From NCBI RefSeq assembly GCF_025526975.1, contig NW_026515671.1, positions 1,550,001 to 1,614,000 of the forward strand: 64,000 nucleotides of DNA, written 5' to 3'. Source of the DNA: Fimicolochytrium jonesii. Lineage: Eukaryota. Position 1 is the stretch's first letter, and each line of letters begins with the position of its first letter. Position numbers and translations under genes: made by a program. Under the pieces are notes generated by a model. It did not search any database, was not told the origin of the DNA, and saw nothing but the letters and a program-made list of their open reading frames with translations. Positions 1-13,132 of this stretch are shown piece by piece.

Positions 1-407
1 AGCGCACCTGGACTAGCGACTTGGCGCTGACGACGAATGATGCCTTCTGTTCGGATCGCGTGCCCTAATATCGAGATGGACGGAATTCCCGCACGTAGCT
101 GCCAGGGATAGCGATTGGCGAGGATATGAGGTTTTCTGCCGCAGCAAGCGACTACGAAGTAAAAAAACAGGGGTGCGCAACATCGGCACTCGTATGTAAC
201 GCAATATGAGAGGAAAGCAAGATGAAGAATAACGGACATGATTGTGTCAATAATGATAGTATATAAGGCGCAAAGGAAGTCGGAGAAAGAACAGTGAAGG
301 GTTCTAAGACTCAAAAGGTTTATGTACAAGAAAAATGGATGTTCCTGGTCAGGGAGTCATACCCCCAGCACGGTACGCCCTGACCCCAGTCTATACGTCC
401 TCTTCCC

Positions 408-2345
408 CTACGCCTCACACCACAGCTCTATCCTGCCACCGTCCCCCCACTCTATCCCCTGCACGTTCCAAGCGACTTCCAGATCTTCCTGGTCCATTAT
501 GGTCACCATTGTGCCGTCTTCGTCGGCGTACATGAGGCGTAAGGGCGGTCGGTTGTTGGAGGGCGGCAGGCAGAATTTCTCGCAGAGACGGGTCATGAGG
601 TCGGGGAGCTGGAGGGTTGTGGGGATTAGGATGATGCGAGTTGTGCCTCGGAAATGGGCTTTTAGTTTGATCTGCAAGGTGGCGAAGACATATGTGGATC
701 AGGCTGGGAACAATTTGAGAGATTGCAAACGACTACCTCAATGACATACCTTGTCAGCGACCGTGTGGATACTTCCCATGCTTGACACGGGTGACGCGGT
801 TACTGACCGATCATAGCTCTCCATCATCCGTCGGTTGACATTAATTGTGGTGGTATTTACTTGATTCCCCGGCGAATACCGCGACGGTCCACCATTCCGT
901 CTATCGTCTTCCCGGTATCGATCATTATTATCAGTATATGATCCGCGGTCATCGCGCTCGTCCTGCTCATCGATGCTCAATTCCGACATGAGCTCATCGA
1001 TGGGGTTGATTGAGATTGCCCGTGTTCCCCGTTGGGGTTGGATGTTGGTTACAGTAGCTGCTCGTCGGATGGGTCCTGGTACCGGTGACGCCGAGCTTCC
1101 GAGGGATGTGGATCTGCTTCGGTACACTCCCGTTTCCGCCGATTGTGGTTGCTGCTGCGATATCGACGATGGGGCGACTCCGCCAGCTACTAGCCGTTGT
1201 GGTTGGTTGACAGTGCCCGATCTGACAAGGACGCCAGTCGTGGTATTGGCTCTGACAGGACGCACAATCGTCGTGTTTGAACGTGCCAGGGGGTCCGCCA
1301 TCGCCCGACCGTTCACGCCGGTGGTGGGTATATCCGTCGTGCTATTGGATCGGGGCAGGGTTTTCAATTTCAATTCTCGCCCACTGAACCCCGCGTAATT
1401 GTCAGTGGCCTCGACACTCGCGACGACCTTGGCCTTTCCGATATAATCCTTCTTTTCGCTGTTTTTCACTTTCCCGCTTGGCGGCCTGTATAGTGTGTCT
1501 GGTGGAACAGCGTACGGGCCAAGATACTGCGGCGCGCGGGAGCCCATCCTTGGTGCTTCTTCTATGTTCCCAAAGGTGACTTTCCCGTCTTGTGGCCGTG
1601 ATTTCAAAGCTTCCTGGAACTCCCTATACGCATCCTCCATCCGATTCATGGCTGCAAGGACCAGTCCCCGATTGAACAGGATCTCGCAGGCGTGAAGCTT
1701 GTAGGCCAAGCCCAGCTGGTTATAGTCGATGAAGGCATTCCCACGGAGATACTGGGAACAGTGACGGACATGGAAATGTGAGCGTGACAAGTTCTTCTCA
1801 TCTGAGCATTCGCAAGAAGGACACTTACGGTAATCGCCTCCCCGAAGTCCGCCAGACTCTCGTTCAACGCATTAAGGTTATAGAAGCATACGCCGCGCAT
1901 ATAATAGGCAACGGCCAAGAAGGGGTCGCACGCCACTGCTCGTGTTAGTGCAGATATCTAAATCGAGGAGACCGGGTCAGGAGACGGCCTCAAAGCAAGA
2001 AAAGCACTTGTGCCCAGGACGGTGCGCGATATGGTTCCCCAACTCACCGCGTCTTCCAAAGCGTTGAGGTTGATAAACGTCATTCCAATGTTGAAGTGTA
2101 TTCTTGCCGTATCCGCGATAGGCTCAAACACATCGAGCGCAGCTTCAAAGTCCCCGTTCTCGAACGCTGCTACGCCGTCCACCCATTGGGTCAGTTCCAC
2201 CTGCGAGAATGGGAGGGAATTGTGGTTAGACATGATGTCCCAGGCACAGTGCGGTCACCCAATGCGAATGGCATGCTCCCAAGCACCGCAACCCCGATAC
2301 ACAAGCACTATGGCGACGAAGCCTACTGACCCTAAGAGCCATCAT
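408..2345 (-). CDS. noxR: NADPH oxidase regulator NoxR (p67phox-like; N-terminal TPRs, C-terminal PB1), multi-exon
   Basis: Exons MMALR / VELTQWVDGVAAFENGDF..FNIG / DPFLAVAYYMRGV / YLRGNAFIDYNQLGL..ILFNRGL / PB1 with YADEDGTMVTIMDQEDL, joined by GT-AG introns. Confidence 0.9.
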
Positions 2346-3889
2346 CCTTGCAACCTCTTCACGTCGTATACTATCGGGAAGTCCGACGGCGTAGCAAGGG
2401 GGGAATTCCGCAGGAGTAAAATTTGGGGGGGGGGGTTTCGTCGGTAATGGACTTGGTCGGGCGTGGAGGGATGGGCCAGGGAAGGGGTGACGAGGGATAT
2501 GCTTAAGTCCAATGGAAGATGCACTGTGTGGTGGGGGTGGCGGCTGGTTGAAGGTTGAAGTAGGGGTATGTGGCAGCAGCAGCAAGGAGCGGGAGTAGCC
2601 GTAAAAAGTCGACTTTTGCTTGGCTTGCGGCGGGCCCGAAAAGAGACGGGACGAGCTCAGCGACAGACCCATGCATTTCTCATAAGGCTATGTCGCTAAT
2701 GATGAGACAATCAATCCCTGCCAACCATGAAGGGCGTGGGGTAAAAAACCCGGCGGGATTCGGGATTCGGTATTCGGGAACTTGGACAATCGTCATAGTA
2801 CCAGTGGGCCATGTAGATACCAAAGGACGATCAATTCCCAATAGTAGGATCACCGGGACCAACCCTTATTGGAACCTGGAAAGAGAGCAAAACTTTTTGT
2901 TGGAGCTTGGACCATGCAGTTGGTGAAGGATTTCCATGCGTAAATGCTTATTGTTTGTTAAATTCTGGACCAAGCAACGGCCAAGGGAGGTTGAAACCAC
3001 GGACCCCGCGTCGAAACAAAGACCAACCTCGGCTAAATCCATTGGGCGCGCGTTTCCTTGGGCAATCAAATCAATCACACAACACACTGGCAACACGAAC
3101 CGCACGGCTGCGCAGACACCGTTCTGGGCCGTCGTCTTGAACTCCGACGAGCGATATGGGGAGGGGGCAACTGTCAGAGCATGGGGGTTTCCAACAGGCC
3201 GTTGTAAAGCCAATAGGCGAGGAAACGGGGATATATGCAGTGCCAAGATGGGCCTCGGAGACACTGCGGAAGACTTCGGGACGAACATGCTGCCTATATC
3301 CTGCACTCTTTCGTTCCGAATAATTCGAGATGGGAGTATGGCACTCGCGAAGGAAAGGGTGTATTATATACCTGCAGAACGAAAGATTCATCGGTGCTTG
3401 AAACCGAAATTCCGAGCGATGAACGACCTGTCTCGCCTCCATGCATCGGAAAGAGCGCATTTTTTGTAGAGTTCCGGTCGTGTCATGATGGCTGCATGGG
3501 CGTTACGATGGTAACGAAGGGTCGCTTCTGTCGGCGAATACCATCCCTGCAAGCCTACTGTAGACCTTAGAACGGCATTCATCGATTTTCAAGGCAGATG
3601 ATCTCTCTTGTGGATGGTCGCCGTCAGCCATTGATGTTGAAGCCGATGAACAACGCTGTCGAAACTCGAGAACGCCATTACTAAGGCCGCGCAAATCGCT
3701 ATGTGCTGGATGCATGGGCAGGGCGCGCAGTCACGAGCACCCCATCGGACCAAAGTGGCTTTTTGGCGCCTGTGCTCCATATAACATTCCCAGATATTCC
3801 GAAATTCCCAGGCAAAGACTTCAACAACCGTTGCAGCTCAGCACCATCACAAATTTCGCAATACGCTCCAACGTACCCCGCTTCTGAAT

Positions 3890-5669
3890 ATGCGCATCGA
3901 TACCTCCCAAAGCGCCATAAACGGCGTCTACCCCTTCACCAAACCAAAGGAACCCAACGGCAACGTCCTAACTGTGCCAAAACTCGCCGACTACGACATC
4001 CACCCAATAACAGGTTTCCTCCCCTCCGACCCACCGCCGCTGCGACGACTGCCGGAGAAGTTCGAGCCATGGGAGACCGTGTTGGATGAGCTGAGCGATT
4101 TGTTACTGGCTGGCAAACTGAGGGTGACCGTGGCGAGGATACCGGAGATCGAGGCGACGTCGTTGACAACGCATAGGGAATGGCAGCGGGCGTATATGGT
4201 TTTGTCGTTCATCGGGCAGGCGTACGTTTGGGGGAGGAACGGTGAGGCCACGGAGGTACGCATGCAGGAATGGGGTGGAAATGGTCGGTGTGAAGGCAGT
4301 GTTCTCATGCGTGTTCAACCGGTGTAGGTACTTCCGCGAAATATCGCAAAGCCATGGTACGAGACGGCCAAGTATCTCGGCCTTCGACCTGTCATCACCT
4401 ACGCCGCTGTGGAACTATACAATTGGAAGGCGTTGGATCCCTCTGGTCCACTAGATCTCAGGTGAGCTATTGCTAAGACTTTGACCTGACGGGAGATGTT
4501 TGGATTCGCGGCATTCATTACTCACAAACCCATCTAGTAATCTAGCGGTAATGAAAACCTTTACGGGACCTGATGAAGCCTGGTTCTACCTCATCAGCAT
4601 CGCCATTGAGGCCTGCGGGGCCCCTGCGCTCCCCGCGATTGTTGCTAGTCTAGAAGCGGTGGTATCGCGGGACTTGTATGCGCTTATCGACAATCTCAAG
4701 ATTCTGGTGCAAATAACAGAGGATATCTCGAAGGTGTTGGTGCGGATGTATGAGAAGGTCAGTACTTCGGCATACCGCAAGTGGGTTGGATGTCAAGGTC
4801 TAACGATTTCCGCAGAACGACCCGCATATATTCTACCACCGTGTACGAACATACCTGGCAGGCTGGGAAAACACCAGCGAACTGCCCAAAGGCCTGCTCT
4901 TCGAAGGCGTAACAGACCCCGAAGAAGGCGATGTAGTAGAAATCGACCTCCCCAAGCCCAACGGCGTCCCCAAATCCCCACCTTCCGTCACTCATCCCCC
5001 ACGCCACGTCCACGGCACCTACCTCAAACTCGCCGGCGCCAGCGCAGGTCAAAGCTCCCTCATCCACAGCCTCGACGTCGCCCTCGGCGTCGAACACCAC
5101 CCTACGCGCCCGACCATGCCCCCGTCTCCACTGCACCCAGACCCCTCAACCCACGCCCCCGCGAAACCGATCAACCACATCCACCAAATGCGCAAATACA
5201 TGCCCGGCCCCCACCGCGAGTTCATCAGCGCCCTAGAACGCGCGCCGAGTCTCCGCACGTTCGTGTATGAGCTAGTCAACACGCCGGGGAATGACCCCGT
5301 GCAGGCGGACGAGATTGGACGGCTGTATAACCGGTGTGTGGAGAACATGCGCTCGTTTCGGGATCGGCATATGCAGATTGTCGCGGCATATATTGTGCTG
5401 CAGGCCAAGAAGAAGAAGGATGTCGGACAGATCGATAAGAGGGCTGCCCAGGCGTCCAGGGTGCGGGAGGTGGGTTGAGCGGTCCGAGTTTGGAGTTTGC
5501 TTGGGAATGAGGACATGGAGTCCAAGGGGGTTTTACTGTATCATGCTGACCGTTGTTTTCTTCACCGCAGTCACTCCAAGCACAAGGCACAGGAGGCACA
5601 GACCTGATACCCTTCCTCAAACAAAGCCGGAACGAAACAAGCGAAGCGCGCGTTGAGCTGGAGGTATGA
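3890..5669 (+). CDS. BNA2: Indoleamine 2,3-dioxygenase, multi-exon
   Basis: GFLPSDPP, TFTGPDEAWFY, AGASAGQSSLIH, MRKYMPGPHREFI, FRDRHMQIV..YI, terminal GTGGTDLIPFLKQ motif. Confidence 0.92.
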
Positions 5670-5955
5670 TGATTTGGAGGATACCCGTTTAGGAGTAGAG
5701 GACTTTTTGTAGGGTGTAGACGAATGCATCACTGTTCCGTTAGAGTAGTTGCGCCCTTTCATGATTTTCGACTCCAAAGCAACTGTTTCATCAAAGGATT
5801 GTATTCGTAGTTTGCAATGAATGCTCTCATATTCGATCGTACGCCGCGGTATATACATGGAAATGCTTTCTATCTGACACTCACAATATACAAAATACGC
5901 CGGACCCTACCCTACCCATTTAGACATCCTAACCTAATCTGCATCACCCATCATC

Positions 5956-7988
5956 AGCCAGAATGGTACCTAACCGGATTCCCAAAGAGATCAACCCCCA
6001 TTCCATCATCACGATCCCTCTCACGCCTCCCACCCCTACCCCCACCACCACCAGCACCCCCACCAGGGCCGCCAGACGATCCACCCCTATCCCCGGCCTA
6101 TACAACTCCTCCCCGGGCCCCTCCATTAACCTCTTGATGAACGATTTCTGAGCGCTCTGCAGGGATTTCTCGATCACGTCCCAGGGGATGGTGCCCTTTT
6201 TGGCGAGCTTGGCGATGGTATAGTCGTCGCGGCCGGGGGAGAAGAGGGAGACGGAGTGGCCGACGCGGCCGATGCGGCCTGTGCGGCCTATGCGGTGGAC
6301 GTATTCGTCGTCGTCCTGGGTGATGGGAAGGGGGTGAGATATACTTTTTTTTTAGAATGCAGGGAAACGGCAAATGGGCGCAAACTCACCTTAGGGATGT
6401 CGTAGTTGATCACTAAGGAGATGATGCAAGCAGTTAGGCAAATTGAAACACATCGAGACACCATGACAGGGATTTGGACAGACCATGGGTAACATCGCTG
6501 ATATCCAACCCTCTAGCCGCAACCGAAGTAGCCACAAGCACATTGATCTCCCCGTCCTTAAACTTCTGCAAAGCCGCCTCCCTACCCCACTGATCGCGGC
6601 CTCCATGGATCGCATCCGAAAGGGCCTTAGATCGCGTATTGATCATCGTCTGCAACCGGTCCGCCAGAGCCTTGCTATCCACGAACACGAGGATGCGGCC
6701 AGGCAGGAACTCCTCCAGCAGCTTGAGCAGACGCGAATCTTTTTCCGAGTAATGGGTTTGGATGAATCGCTGGTTGATGGTCGAGGCAACGCTGCCGACG
6801 CTGCCGATCATGACGCGCAGGGAGTCCTTCAAGAAGGTTTCACCTAGACGCTGGATCTTGGGCGGGAATGTGGCAGAGAAGAGTAGGGTCTGTCTTCCGT
6901 CCTTGCTGGTCGGCATGTCCGTCTCCGTAAGTTTGCGAATGGCGGGCTCGAAACCCATGTCGAGCATGCGATCGGCTTCGTCGAGGACGAGACAGCGCAC
7001 TTTGCTGAGGCTGATGAACTTGCGGTCGATCAGGTCTTGCAAGCGGCCTGGGGTGGCGATGAGGAGGTCCACACCGCGGCCTTTGAGTTGGTCTACTTGT
7101 TGGTCGATGGGGACGCCGCCGTAGACGAGGCGGGTGCGGATCCAGCTGACGTGGGAAAAACGGAATGTCAGTAGAGAATCATTCGGTACCATACGCTTTT
7201 ACTTCCCCGGAGACTGACCTCCTGTAACCGAACTTCTTGCATTCCTCGTAAATTTGGATCGCCAGTTCGCGAGTAGGTTCAAGGATCAAGACCAGAGGGT
7301 AGACGGTCACAAGTCTGTTGTCCTCCACCTCAGGTGCCACATCGCATGGGCCACCTTGGAGGATGACATTCATGATTGGTATACTGTGAGTGCCACTAGT
7401 CAGCACTCGAAACGACAAACAGCAGGTATCCTCTCTCCAGTTCTTGAAATGCTTGCGTACCAGAATGCAGCCGTTTTACCACTTCCAGTCTGAGCAGAGG
7501 CCATGACATCGCGACCTGCCGTCACGATAGGGATGCAATGCTTCTGAACCAGCGTCGGTTGGTTGTATTTGCACAGTACCAAGTTTTCGCGAATCAACCA
7601 ATGCAAGCTTTCATTTTCATACGATTCCTGAGAGACGACAGAATTGGCCAGGCTTGCCAGTGATAATATCATTGAGCGCAAAAAGATTTCTCACCATGGG
7701 TGTAGGGATGCGATCACCTTTCACAGTAACTTTCACTTTCGCCAGCTCACTGAAAGCGATCCCACCAGCGGTGCTGAGTTTGAAAATTCGCTTCTCCAGT
7801 TTCGGATCGCGCTTCTCAATAACGTATTCAGGTTCCCTCTCCTTCGCAGTCTTCTCATGCTTCTTTTGGCGGCGTGCCTGGTCTGCTTCAAACTCTGCTC
7901 TCCAGTCGTCCTCACTTTGCCTTACTGGTTCGTGGAGGACCCACCCAGCGGCGGGCGCGGCGCTCTCAACTTGTCCCCAGGTATCCAT
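5956..7988 (-). CDS. DEAD-box RNA helicase, DDX3/Ded1/Vasa-like, multi-exon; apparent 1-nt frameshift near the C-terminus
   Basis: [49 protein letters not shown]; an RGG-rich tail lies in a shifted frame and ends at TGA near 5956. Confidence 0.9.
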
Positions 7989-8831
7989 TATGTTGTTTTT
8001 TTCTATTGCTGAGAAGGGCAGCTCTCTTTAGTGAGATAGTTTGAGTTCAAACCCACCTTCGTGAGTCGTGCTGTGCCTCCGTGGGAACAAAGAAAAGGTG
8101 GGAAGCCACTGACAGTTTCGCGTACCTTCTGGCTTTTCTTGGACAGTATCCGGAGCTCTCTAGATCTATAGAGCTCAAGCGGGACGGCCTGTTTGGAAGG
8201 CGTGACGCTGCAACTTTCGAGTCGAAGTTCTTGCTCTTTCGCCTGGAAGAGTGGACGGAAGAGAGGGGACTGAAAGGCTCACACCTCACCTTTTTGCCAC
8301 ATGCAGGGAGACCGGGAGGGGAGGCTGTCGAAAAACGCCGTCAGTGGGGGAAAGACGCGGGTGTGAGTCACGGGTGCGAGCCTGTGGGCTTTGCGCTGGC
8401 TCTCGCTCTCAAATCCTCTCGCCTCTGATCTGCGCCGAAAACGCAGTGCAAACCCCCGAGGAAGCACGTCAAATTCCGTCCTCTGAGTTGAAAACACAGG
8501 AACGAACGCACAGCACAGAGCAGTACGGTATCTCCCACTCCGGCAGTTATCGGACAACTTTCGAGCAGAAAACAGGAAGCAGAAGGAGTCTCTAGAAGCT
8601 GCAACCGGTTTTCTTCTTGCAACTTCCTCTGTTGCCTGGGACGGTGGAGGGTCATACTGGCTATACGGAGTCCTATGGACATTGTCCCTTGTCTCACCCT
8701 AGGAGGCTCCAGGCGGCAACGAGAAGAGGCAGAAGCGGCTGGCATAGGAGAAGCTCTCAACGCCTTGTATTGGTTGCAGTAGCCTCGATTGTGCTGCGTG
8801 GGAAAATTCACCGGAGACTGTGCATTTCCCA

Positions 8832-11095
8832 ATGCCACCGGCAGTCGCAACAGAAGCTCCAATCCAACCGCAGCAGCAACGGCAGCATCTCCCTTCGAAG
8901 GGAAAACAGGCAGTAGCGAACGGAGTCCCTCTTCCCACTCCTTCTGTTCCAGCGACGACTGCAGTCAACAGCATGACTTCCCACGTCGCTCCGGCAGCTA
9001 CACCGACAGGCGTTTCAGAAAACAGGCCCTCGAATGGTCCACAAGTGCCAGTGCCACCACCACGACCCGAGGTACCAAAGCATACACCAGCAATACCGAA
9101 ATATACAGGACACTATTGTCCGCATCACCCGCCTAACGGCGCACGCATTCATTCGCAACACTCGCACGCAGACCAACAACGACCACCACCGCCAGATCAT
9201 CAACACCATCACCACCACCATCATCCACACCAACACACCCACGCCGACGATCATGGTCATCAGCATGGAGCACAGGCGGTAGGGCAGCAGGCCAATACAG
9301 CCGCGGTGAAGAAGAATGGCAAACCGCAGAAGAAGCCTTTGGCGCCTGAGGAACTATCGAATATGATTCAATCGAAGATCACACAGCTTGAGAATGAGTC
9401 GAGCTTGGAAGAAGAGGAGGAGAAGGCTATGGGTACGAGAGATTGTTGCGGGGAAATTGCGGGTTGGGCCGGTACTGACAAACGTATGCAACAGCGAAAG
9501 CCATCAAAAAGGCGTCGAAGGACATGACACAGTTGATGGAAGGGCAGTCTGGATCTGAGCAGCTGGAAGTCATACATTCGAAATACATGGATTTGGTAAG
9601 CTTGTAGTCACTTTGAACATTAAGCCAGTGGATCCGTTGTTCACAACTGGGAAACATCGATAGTTTCAAGAGAACAAGCGACTGGAGCGCGACCATGTCA
9701 GGCTGAAGCAGAAGATGGATCAATGCGCAAAGGAGAAGGATTCTTGTACGTGTCTGGTTCCGCACTATTGAGATCATGGAAAGTGCATCTCACCGTGGGT
9801 CATTCCAGCCAAAGCGGAAGTCACGAAGTTGACGAACCAGAAGCAAAAGATTGAGACCTTATGCCGCGAGCTGCAGAAGGAGAACAAGCGCGTCAAGGTG
9901 CGGGAACGGAAACACCAGTTGGAGGGATGAAGTTGTGAACTAATAATGAACTGCCTGCAGGAGGAAAGCAAACGCCTTGCGATAACGGAGCAGCACAAGC
10001 GGGAAGAGCTATCGTCCAAATTCGAAAGCACGATATGGGAGATCAAGTCGAAGATGGAGGAGGACAGTGATGAGAAGAAGCGGAGGGCGGAAGACAGCGA
10101 AATGTATGGATTTGGAGTGACTGAGCTACGTGGCAGGGGAGGGCATCATCTGAACGAATTTGGCTCCTGCAGGTTGAAAGACAAGTTCAAAAACTTTTTG
10201 GAGCAATACGAACTCCGCGAAAAGCACTACAACCAGATGGTGAAATCCCGCGAGATAGAGATACAACTCCTCGAGGCGAAACTCGAGCAGCAGCGGCGGA
10301 TCAACGACGAAGAAATCGGCAAATCGGGCGCTTTGAAGGCTCAAGTGTCGTCTTTCGTCAAGACGGAGACGGATTTGAGGAAACAACTGGCGATTTACGT
10401 TGACAAGTTCAAGCAGGTGTGTGTTTGCGATGAGAAGGATGGGAAGGGCTGGGCTAGGCGCTGATTTTGGGTTCTTGATTAGGTCGAGGAGACGTTAAAC
10501 AAAAGCAACGAGCTGTTCATCACATTCCGGCGGGAGATGGAGCAAATGACGAAAAAGACGCGAAAACTGGAGAAGGAGAATTCAACCTTCAAGCTCAAAT
10601 GCGATAAGATGAATAAGAACATTCTAGAGATGGCTGAGGAGGTATGGGTTCCGCGCCTTGCGCTGAAGGCAGCACGACTTGCTGCCTGGTCGATACTTAC
10701 ATTTGCCCCCACCCAATCAGCGAACAAGGAACCAAAAGACATTCGAATCAACCACAACCGCGAAAACCAAACTCGAAAACCTCTGCAGGGCGCTCCAAAC
10801 AGAACGCAACACATTACTACGACGCATAGAGCAGTACGAACCCCCACCGCGGACGACCCAAGCACCACCGACCACGCAAGCCCCGCCGACCACACTAGCA
10901 ACCCCGACCAAACAGGCACCACCGCCACCGCCGCCACCTCCACCTCCACCACCACCACCGCTCACTTCAGCAGCACGACGAGGACCAGATGCAGCATACG
11001 GGAAACCGAATGGCAGCATGCCAGCCATATTACGCGGACAGACTGCAAGCGGGGACGGAAAAGGCTCGGGGTCAGGAGCAGCGGGGAAAATATAG
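8832..11095 (+). CDS. Taxilin-family coiled-coil protein, multi-exon
   Basis: ETLCRELQKENK, FLEQYELREKHY, YVDKFKQVEETLNKSNELF..FRREMEQM, KLENLCRALQTER. Confidence 0.88.
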
Positions 11096-11430
11096 CAGGA
11101 CTCGGATGATGACTTCATGCCCCCTTACCTGTCATTTCGCACCCGTCATCACCCCTTTGTACAGGTTCTGCACATCCCTCTCATGCGCCTACCTCCCTTG
11201 TAAGATGTGACCTTTGGGATTTTTACATATTTTGTGGATAGCTGGTGTATATTATGGATATCTGGCGAGGGAATGATCGAGTCATTGGTAGGTTCGCCTC
11301 CGCGCGATGGTGGGAATTACGTGTATGTCGACCGTCTGATTTAAATAAGAGACAAGAATGCATATGCAAAAATATGTGTCGTGCAAAAGTGTGGAATGCC
11401 GAGATTGTGTCAGAGGATTAGAACACCCCC

Positions 11431-12872
11431 TCACTTCTTCCCGTTCTTCGGCCCACCCCCTTCAAACCCGGGCCTCGCCTTCGCCTTCTTCTTCTTCGCC
11501 GCCGCCAACCTCGCGGCCTTGGCCGCCTTTGGATCCCTCTTCGCCTCCGCCCTCGCCTTGATGTTTTCCTCCCTCTTCTTCATCTTCTGCTCCTTGTCCT
11601 TCTTCAGCGTCCGCTCGCGGTCCGCCCATACCGCTGAGGACTTGGCCTTCTCGTGCTCTCTACGTTTGAGCGACTTTTTGAGCAGCTTGACGTCGTCTTT
11701 TACTTTCTCGCCTTGTGCTTGTGCAAGCACTTTGGACCAGGTTTGCTTTTCGGTTATTGCTTCGGCTTTGCTGGTGTCGGTTTCGGCGAGGTGCGCGAGT
11801 TTCGCACGTTTGGCTTCGGCCTAGTTGCGTAGGGGGGAATGAAAGTGAGTGATAGCCGTGCGGCGGGGAGGAACCATGCTTCATCAGCAAGTACGCACCT
11901 GCTTCAATTGACCAGCAATGTCCGTGGGCCCCTTCCTCTTCTTCGACGGCTCCGTAACACCAAAGTCCAGTTTCCCAAACTGCACATCCTCCTCCACAAC
12001 CGGCACCCTCTTTCCCGGCCTCTCCACCACCGTTTTCTCAACCGTATCCATCCCCGTCGTATCATCCAGCTTCTTGCGCTTCTCCTTCTGCTTCTTGATC
12101 GACTCCTTCCGCTCCTGTTTGCGCTGCGCCCGCCCTTCGAGGATCTCCTGCCGGCTGCGTGGGGTTTTGGCTTCCTTAGCGTCTGAGGAGGTGGATTTGC
12201 CGCCGTTGCGTTTTGCGCGCAACTCTTCTATGCGTGATTTTAATTTGGCTTGGAGTTCGACGATGGAGCCGGCTGGGAGGGGTTTGAGTCCTGATGCTGT
12301 TTGGGGTAGCGAGGTTAGAAAATGTGGGGATGGGTTTCGCAATATGCCAAATAAGCTTCATACCCAGTTCAGCGGGCTCTTCCGCCGTTGCTTCTGCTGT
12401 GTGTGCCTGTGTCGATACCTCCTCATTCGCTGCCTTCAACTGCTCGGATTGGACCTCTAATACCGTTTTGCTGCTCTCGGGATCAAGCTGCGGAAGCCGT
12501 ACAAAAATCAATGATTGACTCCAGCATCCGGGTGAACATCCGCTTATAATCTGCAAGGGGCGAGAAGTATTTGTTGGCCCCACCCACCTTCTGCTTCTTC
12601 GCCTTCTTCGTCGCATCCTTCACAGCCTGCTTCGGCGCCTTCCCCTTCTTATTATGCATAAACCGATTGTTCAAATCGGCATCGAGGTTCTGTTGAAAGT
12701 AATATTTCGGTGGGATGAGCTCGACCAGGGAGTCAAAACATTTCTTGTGTTCGGCGAGACGGGTCTGTTATGGAAGTCGGGTTAGAAATTCTGAAGCGGG
12801 AACAACTTGCGGGGTCATGAGGACAATTACCTGGAGCCCGTCTAGGGAGTATGTGGTGGTTGCCACCGCCAT
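11431..12872 (-). CDS. RRP14: Rrp14/SURF6 ribosome biogenesis protein, multi-exon
   Basis: N-terminal FDSLVELIPPKYY; C-terminal AQGEKVKDDVKLLKKSLKRRE..KSS..W and RPGFEG. Confidence 0.9.
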
Positions 12873-13132
12873 ATCTGCTCTCTTACAACTGCTGTACGGT
12901 GCGTTGATGGGTTGCAGTCTGCCAATGGTGTCGACCTCCACATACAGCCTCGCACTGACCTCCAAGGTTTTCCGTCTTGAATTCCGGTCACGTGGGATGC
13001 TCTGACTCAACGCAATCTTATTGCTGTCGTGTTTCTCTATTTTAACGCGTTCGCGTGTGGGATCGGTGGTTCTTGGAAAAGTTGAACAACAGAACTTGCT
13101 CGGAATTCCACCTTGCGAACAGGGTAGGAACA

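Noticed and set aside
2600..3850. Overlapping ORFs between NoxR and IDO
   Set aside because: Divergent promoter region; the ORFs lack motifs and are expected by chance at this GC content.
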